NCBI GenBank assembly: GCA_031268255.1
Contig: JAIRXO010000026.1
Location: 1 to 25,158 of the forward strand
Direction of reading: 5' to 3'
Source of the DNA: Spirochaetaceae bacterium
Lineage (GTDB): Bacteria > Spirochaetota > Spirochaetia > Treponematales > Breznakiellaceae
Length of the DNA stretch: 25,158 bases
Part shown: positions 19,316-25,158 of the stretch, one piece after another
Layout of the letters: each line of letters opens with the position of its first letter
How positions within the stretch are numbered: the stretch's first letter is position 1
The notes under the pieces: model-generated
Told to the model about the DNA's origin: nothing
What the model saw: only the letters and a program-made list of their open reading frames with translations
Database searches by the model: none
Program-made: the position numbers and the translations under genes

Positions 19316-20752
19316 ATGCACAGCGCCTTAGTTACCGATTTTTATTCCCTTACCATGGCCCAGGGTTACTGGTTAAGGCAGCCCGGACAGGAAGCCGTGT
19401 TCGAGATGTTTTTCAGGCGTCAGCCCTTTGGCGGAGGCTTCTCGGTGTTCGCCGGTCTTGAGACCCTTCTTGAGACCCTGCGGGATGTCTCGTTTTCTTC
19501 CGGCGACATTGACTATCTCAAATCGCTGAATTTTTTCCGCGATCCCTTTCTTGACTATCTCAGGGATTTTCGTTTTACAGGAAGGCTCTGGTCCGTCGAT
19601 GAGGGCAGGATAGTGTTTCCCCAGGAGCCTCTGATACGCGTTCAGGGCAGCCTTATCGAGTGCCAGATCATCGAGGGCATGCTCCTCAACATCATCAATT
19701 TTCAAAGCCTTATCGCTACCAAATCCGCCCGGGTCTGGCTTGCCTCAAACAAGGGCGGTATCATGGAATTCGGCCTCAGAAGGGCACAGGGGCCTGACGG
19801 CGCCCTGTCCGCCTCCAGGGCAGCCTACATAGGCGGCGCCGGGGGAACTTCCAACGTGCTTGCCGGAAAGGAATACGGCATACCGGTCATGGGAACTATG
19901 GCCCATTCCTGGGTCATGTCCTACGAATCCGAAGAAGAAGCGTTCAGGGCCTATGCGGACATATACCCCGGGCATCCGGTGTTTCTCATTGATACCTACG
20001 ATACCCTCAGGAGCGGAATCAAGAACGCCGTAAAGGTCGGAAAGCAGCTTGCTTCCGAAGGAAAGAATTTCGGCGTGCGTCTTGATTCGGGGGACATACA
20101 TTACCTTGCCGTTGAGGTGCGGAAGATACTGGACGCGGAGGGGCTTCCCCAGGCGACCATAGCGGTGTCCAATGACCTTGACGAATCCATCATCAAAACC
20201 ATGACCGCCGCCGGCGCGCCCATTGATTCATGGGGCGTAGGCACCCAGCTTGTTACCGGCGGCAGCGAGGCGTCCTTTACCGGCGTTTACAAACTTACCG
20301 CGGTCCAGGATCAGGACGGCGGGTTTATTCCGGCGATAAAGTTTTCCGACAATCCCGAAAAGACCACCAATCCCGGAATCAAACAGGTATGGCGCATCAG
20401 GGACAGGCAGGGCAGGGCCCTCTCCGATGTCATGGCCCTGGATACCGGGAATGACGAGGTCAGGGCCGGAAGCCGTCATACCTTCTGGCATCCATCAGGG
20501 GACTACCGCCATGTTTACTGGGACGGCGAGGGCCGGCCCGAGGCCATGCTGAGTCTGAAAATGGAAAACGGCGGACCATGCCTGGACCATCCTCCGCTTG
20601 CCCGCATCAAAGAGAAACTCCGCGCCGAATTTGAATGTTTTGACGACAGTTACAAGCGTATGCTCAATCCCCATGTTTATAAAGTTTCGGTTACCGGACA
20701 GCTTCGGAACCTTAAACTTGAACTCATCAAAAATTACCTTGGGGACCTTTGA
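19316..20752 (+). CDS. pncB: Nicotinate phosphoribosyltransferase
   Basis: TDFYSLTM, EFGLRRA, GTSNV, GTMAHSWV, LIDTYD, VRLDSGD and WGVGT. Confidence 0.97.
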   Translation: MHSALVTDFYSLTMAQGYWLRQPGQEAVFEMFFRRQPFGGGFSVFAGLETLLETLRDVSFSSGDIDYLKSLNFFRDPFLDYLRDFRFTGRLWSVDEGRIVFPQEPLIRVQGSLIECQIIEGMLLNIINFQSLIATKSARVWLASNKGGIMEFGLRRAQGPDGALSASRAAYIGGAGGTSNVLAGKEYGIPVMGTMAHSWVMSYESEEEAFRAYADIYPGHPVFLIDTYDTLRSGIKNAVKVGKQLASEGKNFGVRLDSGDIHYLAVEVRKILDAEGLPQATIAVSNDLDESIIKTMTAAGAPIDSWGVGTQLVTGGSEASFTGVYKLTAVQDQDGGFIPAIKFSDNPEKTTNPGIKQVWRIRDRQGRALSDVMALDTGNDEVRAGSRHTFWHPSGDYRHVYWDGEGRPEAMLSLKMENGGPCLDHPPLARIKEKLRAEFECFDDSYKRMLNPHVYKVSVTGQLRNLKLELIKNYLGDL

Positions 20753-21642
20753 TGCAGGAAGCTTCCTGTCTGACGCGTTTTCTGGGCAGCGGGGAAGATT
20801 TTCCCTGGGACCTTGCCGACGCCTTTGACGCCGCCTGTAACGGCCTCGAAAATCCCGAAGCCCTTGCCCGCATGGAAAAACTTACGGGAAAGGAACTGCA
20901 AAGCTGGAAGCATCTGGTCCACGCGATCAGGGCCATGTACCGGGGCGATGAGGAAAGCTGCCGCGCTGCTTCTTCTTCCATAGATGACGCATCTCCTCCT
21001 TCTTCCCTCAAGGGCCTTTTTTCAGCCTGGGTTTCCGGGGTAAAGAACGCCGGTCAGGCGAATATCGCGGCAGGCGGGGTTTTCGCCGCACCGGTGAGGG
21101 AACTGTACCGGAAACTTTTGGTGCGTCCCCATCCCCTGCGGATCATAGCCGAGCAGGCCGATGAGGCGCTGCGTCAGGGCATGACCGGGCATTTTGAACG
21201 CCTGAGCCAGTCGGTATTCCGGGGACTGCGGGAAGAACGCCGCTGTGACAGCGCCCTTCTCGCCCTGCGCTACGCCCGTTACTGCCTTTCCCTCCTTAAC
21301 GAAGGAGGGTATACCCCGACTGATTTTTTTTCCCTGATAGTCAAAGTGCTGGGAAGGGCGGACGGATTTCTTGTTATAGGGATGAGCCTTCTTGACGATG
21401 ATGAAGAAGCGGCCCTGGAGGCACTGGAGGCGGCGCTGGAAGCCGCCCGTGATCAGATTCAGGAAACAGCGGAAGGGCCTGCCCCGGACAGGAGCGTCTT
21501 TCTTGATGCTGAAATGGCTCTCGCGCTGCGGGCCCTGACCGGCCTCATACCGGACGTTCCCGGCATGGCGGCGGGGAGCGGGAGAAGGCCAAAGAACAGC
21601 AGAGGCCCCAGGGAGTCCCCGGGGCAGCTTGAGTTGTTTTAG
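20752..21642 (+). CDS. Hypothetical helical protein with C-terminal QLELF motif
   Basis: Open 296-codon frame coupled to pncB through a TGATG overlap. No recognisable catalytic motif; it ends in a flexible tail followed by GQLELF*. Confidence 0.75.
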   Translation: MQEASCLTRFLGSGEDFPWDLADAFDAACNGLENPEALARMEKLTGKELQSWKHLVHAIRAMYRGDEESCRAASSSIDDASPPSSLKGLFSAWVSGVKNAGQANIAAGGVFAAPVRELYRKLLVRPHPLRIIAEQADEALRQGMTGHFERLSQSVFRGLREERRCDSALLALRYARYCLSLLNEGGYTPTDFFSLIVKVLGRADGFLVIGMSLLDDDEEAALEALEAALEAARDQIQETAEGPAPDRSVFLDAEMALALRALTGLIPDVPGMAAGSGRRPKNSRGPRESPGQLELF

Positions 21643-21656
21643 ATGAGGACCGTACA

Positions 21657-21881
21657 ATGAAAAGCGGCCTGCTGATTGAGAGGCTGAGAGAGCGATGCGT
21701 ATCGCTGGGAATAAAGACCGAAACCCTGGACCGGCTTGCCCTGGCCCTGACCATTCCCGCGTCGCTTGATGAACTGGAAGAAGCTCTGCCCCCGGCGGTC
21801 CGGTATCTGGGGCCGGGAGCATGGGCCGATACCATAGAAAAGACAGGGGCTTCCAACGAAGTTTCAAGGAGCGTGTCATGA
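21657..21881 (+). CDS. Small hypothetical protein (74 aa)
   Basis: GAGGA lies 7 nt before the ATG. The ORF fills the gap exactly, and its stop overlaps the next start (ATGA 21878-21881). Confidence 0.55.
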   Translation: MKSGLLIERLRERCVSLGIKTETLDRLALALTIPASLDELEEALPPAVRYLGPGAWADTIEKTGASNEVSRSVS

Positions 21882-23533
21882 AAGAGATACAGGTCCGGTT
21901 TAATACCGGCATGAACGTAAGCTGTCCTTTGGGAACCAGTATTGATGAACTTGTCGGCAAGCTGGAAATTTTCCCCCCGCATCTTGCGGCGGTAAAAATC
22001 AACAATAAAATTATGCCCCTTTCAACACGTCTTGATATAAACGCCGAGATAGAACCGGTGCTGCTTGATGTTCCCGAGGGGGTAATGATATACCGGCGTT
22101 CCCTGGCCTTCCTCCTTGCCAAAGCCGCCAGAAGAATTTTTCCTGACCGGGGCCTTTCCGTGGGCCATTCGCTGGGAAACACCTATTACTATACGTTCAA
22201 CCAGGAAAAAAAACCCACTGAGGAGGACGTGGCCGCGCTGGAAGCTGAGATGGAAAAACTTTCCCGCGAGGACCTTCCTATTGAATTTTTTTATATGGCC
22301 TACAGCGAGGCGCTTGAACTTTTCCGCAGCCGCCATCAGACCGATACGGCCCTGCTGCTTGACCAGCGCAGTGAGTCAAAGATACCGGTTAATCTCTGCG
22401 GCGATTTTGCCGACCTCTACATAGAACCCCTGGTCCCCCGGACAGGACTCCTTACGGCGTTCCATCTGATGAGCTACCGGGACGGCTTTCTCCTCCGCTT
22501 CCCCGGCGTAGGGCAGGACGGCGTCATAGAGCCCTTTGAGGACAGCCCCGGAATTTTTTCGGTATACCATGAATACAAAAAGTGGGGGAGGATAATCGGC
22601 GTCCACGCGGTGGGTCAGTTAAACAGTCTTGTGTCGGACCGTACCATACGGGATTACATACGCATAGCCGAGGCCTTTCAGGCCAAGAAGATGGCCGAGA
22701 TAGCCGGAAGAATTTACGAAAGAAAGGATGAAGTCAAGGTCGTACTCATAGCCGGACCTTCAAGCTCGGGCAAGACCACCAGCGCCAAAAGGCTTTCCAT
22801 TGAACTTAAAGTCATGGGCATGGAGCCTGTGGCCATAAGCCTTGATGATTATTACCGGGGCACCGAACAAACGCCCAAAGACGAGAACGGCCAGCCTGAC
22901 TTTGAGTGCCTTGAGGCCCTCGATGTGCCCTGTCTCAATGAGCAGCTCCTTGCCCTCTTTAAGGGGGAAGAAGTTGAAATCCCGTCTTTTGACTTCAAGG
23001 CGGGACGGCGCAGGGCCGAAGGAAAAAGCCTCCGCCTCGGCAGGAGGTCCATCCTTATCATCGAAGGCATACACGGCCTTAACGACGCCCTCACTCCGGC
23101 CATAGAGCGGTCAAAAAAATTCAAACTCTATGTCTCGGCTCTTACCCAGCTTAACCTTGACGACCACAACCGCATACCTACAAGCGACAACCGGCTCCTC
23201 CGCCGCATGGTACGGGACAACCAGTTCAGGGGCGCCGGAGCGGAAAGAACCATCAGGATGTGGCCTAACGTTCAGAAAGGCGAGCGCAAGCATATATTTC
23301 CCTTTCAGGACAGCGCCGACGCGGCCTTTAATTCGGCTCTTGACTACGAACTGGCGGTGCTGAAATTCTACGCCGATCCCCTGCTCCGCTCGGTAAAACC
23401 CACCATGGCCGAATACGCCGAAGCGGTGCGGCTTCTTTCCTTCCTTGAGAATTTCGCCCCCATACCGCCCCAGTATGTACCGGGAACGAGCATACTCCGC
23501 GAGTTTATAGGCGAATCGGAGTTTAAGTACTAG
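21878..23533 (+). CDS. Nucleoside kinase (uridine kinase family) fused to a ThrRS N-terminal TGS/editing-like region
   Basis: C-terminal P-loop IAGPSSSGKTT, SLDDYY and LIIEGIHGL. The N-terminal ~200 aa follow the ThrRS N1/N2 pattern (YRRSLAFLL, GHSLGNTYYY, GDFADLYIEP). ATG 21878 follows AAGGAG. Confidence 0.88.
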   Translation: MKEIQVRFNTGMNVSCPLGTSIDELVGKLEIFPPHLAAVKINNKIMPLSTRLDINAEIEPVLLDVPEGVMIYRRSLAFLLAKAARRIFPDRGLSVGHSLGNTYYYTFNQEKKPTEEDVAALEAEMEKLSREDLPIEFFYMAYSEALELFRSRHQTDTALLLDQRSESKIPVNLCGDFADLYIEPLVPRTGLLTAFHLMSYRDGFLLRFPGVGQDGVIEPFEDSPGIFSVYHEYKKWGRIIGVHAVGQLNSLVSDRTIRDYIRIAEAFQAKKMAEIAGRIYERKDEVKVVLIAGPSSSGKTTSAKRLSIELKVMGMEPVAISLDDYYRGTEQTPKDENGQPDFECLEALDVPCLNEQLLALFKGEEVEIPSFDFKAGRRRAEGKSLRLGRRSILIIEGIHGLNDALTPAIERSKKFKLYVSALTQLNLDDHNRIPTSDNRLLRRMVRDNQFRGAGAERTIRMWPNVQKGERKHIFPFQDSADAAFNSALDYELAVLKFYADPLLRSVKPTMAEYAEAVRLLSFLENFAPIPPQYVPGTSILREFIGESEFKY

Positions 23534-23576
23534 TAGGGCAACGCTGATTAACTTGAGGCCAATCAGCGTTGCCCTA
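23534..23576. repeat. Perfect 16-bp palindrome H1
   Basis: TAGGGCAACGCTGATT (23534-23549), 11-nt loop, AATCAGCGTTGCCCTA (23561-23576). Confidence 0.9.
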
Positions 23577-23592
23577 TTATTTTTCTCGTTTT
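23534..23592 (+). terminator. Probable intrinsic terminator after the kinase gene
   Basis: Hairpin H1 starts immediately after the stop codon and is followed by TTATTTTTCTCGTTTT; it sits between convergent genes. Confidence 0.6.
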
Positions 23593-23618
23593 CCTGCGGA
23601 AAACTGCGAAAAATCACA

Positions 23619-25158
23619 TTAAAGTAGCACTGATTTATTCGCATTCGAATAAATCAGTGCTTCCCTAGATGTCCGGGGAGCCGTGCGGGTATCGGCGGCA
23701 ATCGAAATTTTTGACCCAAGGGCTGTTTTGCTGACTTCTATACGCGAGGGAACGCGGGAGCGCATTTCGCCTACATGGGAGATAATCCCTACCATGCGGT
23801 GTTCCCTGAGTTCATCAAGTATGTTGAGGGCCTTGTCGAGACTGGCCTCGTCAAGGCTGCCAAAGCCCTCGTCTATAAATACCGCGTCGAGCCGTATGCC
23901 TCCTGAACGGGCCTGTATCGAATCGGCGAGGCCCAGGGCAAGGCTTATGGAGGCCATAAAACTTTCGCCCCCCGAGAGGGTTCCGCAGGGGCGGCTTCTT
24001 CCGGTATGGGCGTCAAAGACGGCGAGGTCAAGGCCCGTCTTGCCCCTGGCCCCTTCTCCCTCCCGGTCAAGTATCAGGGCGTAGCGTCCCTCGCTCATTC
24101 TTTCGAGGCGCTTTGTGGCATAGGCGCTTACCTCGCTGAGATAACGGCCCAGGAGCCACACGTCAAAGGCAGGTTTCTTTTTGTCATTGCCCGAGAGGTC
24201 GTCGGAGAGGGCCTTGTATCGCCGGGTCTCTTTGGCGAGTTCTTCCCGCCGGGCTGAGATTTCGGCGTACTGCTTTTGGTCCCGTCCGGCGGCGGCAAGT
24301 TCCCCGGCGGCCTCATCCCGTATGCTCTGGATTTCGCGGTAGTCGTTTTCAAGGTCTGCCAGTTCCCGCTCTGTTTCGGCCCTGGTCCCCGGACGGGTGG
24401 CGCCTTCTTTTTCCTTCCCCAGTGAAGCAAGGTCATCCTCAAGATTTTTTACGCGGCCCGAAAGTTCAGCTTTCTTTTCTCCCCGCAGCCTGAGGCTTTT
24501 TTCCAGACCGGCTATGCCGTCTTCGGAAAGCGAGGCATCCTCAAGGGCCTGTAGATCGGGGAAGGGGGACGCGGCGAGTTTTTCCGCAAAGGCCCTCTGC
24601 CCTTCGCCATGGCGGAGTTCCGCCTGACGCCGCGCCTCCTTTGCCGCCGCCGATCCTGTCCTGGCCGACGCGAGCGCGAGGGCCGCGTTTTCCTTTTCTT
24701 TTTTGTAGGCCGCGTCTTCCTTTTCTTTTCCGGCGAGGATGCTGTCGAGGGCGGCCAGGGCGGAGAGGACATCGGGGGCATCCCATTCCCTGATACGGTT
24801 TTCGTATTTTGCCCTGCACGATGCCGCGGCTTCTTCCAGGGCTTTTTTTCTCGCGTCAAGAACAGCCTGTTCCCTGCCGGATTCCGATACCTCGTCCCGC
24901 AGGGCATCCCGCTCCGCGCGGGCCTGCTGTATCTGTCCTGATGCCCTGCGGCCCTCTTCCCGCCGAACACTGATTTTATTGAGACCGGCGGCGTGGGTTT
25001 GCAGCAGCCTTTCCGCTTCGGGTAATTCGGGCAGGGAGGCAGGGCCCTGGTGCAGGGGAACAGCGCCCTCTTCCCCGCCTTCGGAGAGGAGGGCGCGGTA
25101 TTCCTGTTTTAACGCTTCTTCCCGCGCCGCTGTTTTTTTTAGTTCGCCGGCTTTGGAA
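23619..25158 (-). CDS. sbcC: SbcC/Rad50-family SMC-like ATPase, C-terminal part (5' end beyond window)
   Basis: TLSGGESF signature, VFIDEGFGSLD Walker B/D-loop and GIISHV. I checked codon by codon that the frame stays open from 24161 to the window end through an Ala/Glu-rich coiled coil ending LSDDLSGNDKKKPAFDVWLL. Confidence 0.93.
   Translation of the reverse strand, partial: SKAGELKKTAAREEALKQEYRALLSEGGEEGAVPLHQGPASLPELPEAERLLQTHAAGLNKISVRREEGRRASGQIQQARAERDALRDEVSESGREQAVLDARKKALEEAAASCRAKYENRIREWDAPDVLSALAALDSILAGKEKEDAAYKKEKENAALALASARTGSAAAKEARRQAELRHGEGQRAFAEKLAASPFPDLQALEDASLSEDGIAGLEKSLRLRGEKKAELSGRVKNLEDDLASLGKEKEGATRPGTRAETERELADLENDYREIQSIRDEAAGELAAAGRDQKQYAEISARREELAKETRRYKALSDDLSGNDKKKPAFDVWLLGRYLSEVSAYATKRLERMSEGRYALILDREGEGARGKTGLDLAVFDAHTGRSRPCGTLSGGESFMASISLALGLADSIQARSGGIRLDAVFIDEGFGSLDEASLDKALNILDELREHRMVGIISHVGEMRSRVPSRIEVSKTALGSKISIAADTRTAPRTSREALIYSNANKSVLL
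23620..23667. repeat. Palindrome H3 (perfect 16-bp core) related to H1, lying inside the sbcC 3' end
   Basis: AGCACTGATTTATTCG (23626-23641), loop CATT, CGAATAAATCAGTGCT (23646-23661). The outer end read on the minus strand, TAGGGAAGCACTGATTTA, matches the H1 end at 14/18. Confidence 0.85.

Noticed and set aside
21022-22182. 386-aa antisense ORF spanning three + strand genes
   Set aside because: It overlaps better-supported coupled genes on the opposite strand and has no recognisable domain.

Overview
A 25 kb chromosomal segment, most likely from a Treponema-like spirochaete; this is inferred from gene order and protein style, not from a database hit. Bases 1-17401 hold the conserved spirochaete dcw/flagellar cluster, all on the + strand: ftsQ (3' end), ftsA, ftsZ, xerD, a TPR membrane protein, dprA, topA, xerC, hslV, hslU, flgB, flgC, fliE, fliF, fliG, fliH, fliI and fliJ. 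An unexplained, highly structured ~310 bp non-coding island follows (17409-17727), bounded by TAGCCGC direct repeats and containing tetraloop-capped hairpins. Next is a + strand run: PHP phosphatase, pncA, pncB, a hypothetical protein ending in the clamp-binding-like motif QLELF, a 74-aa ORF, and a ThrRS-N-like/uridine-kinase-family fusion. After a cluster of related palindromes (23534-23667) comes the 3' part of a convergent sbcC. I recognised no rRNA, tRNA, CRISPR array or transposase. The best candidates for novelty are the structured island, the QLELF protein within a possible extended NAD-salvage operon, and the MITE-like palindromes, one of which now encodes the SbcC C-terminus. All family assignments come from motif recognition by eye; no searches were run.
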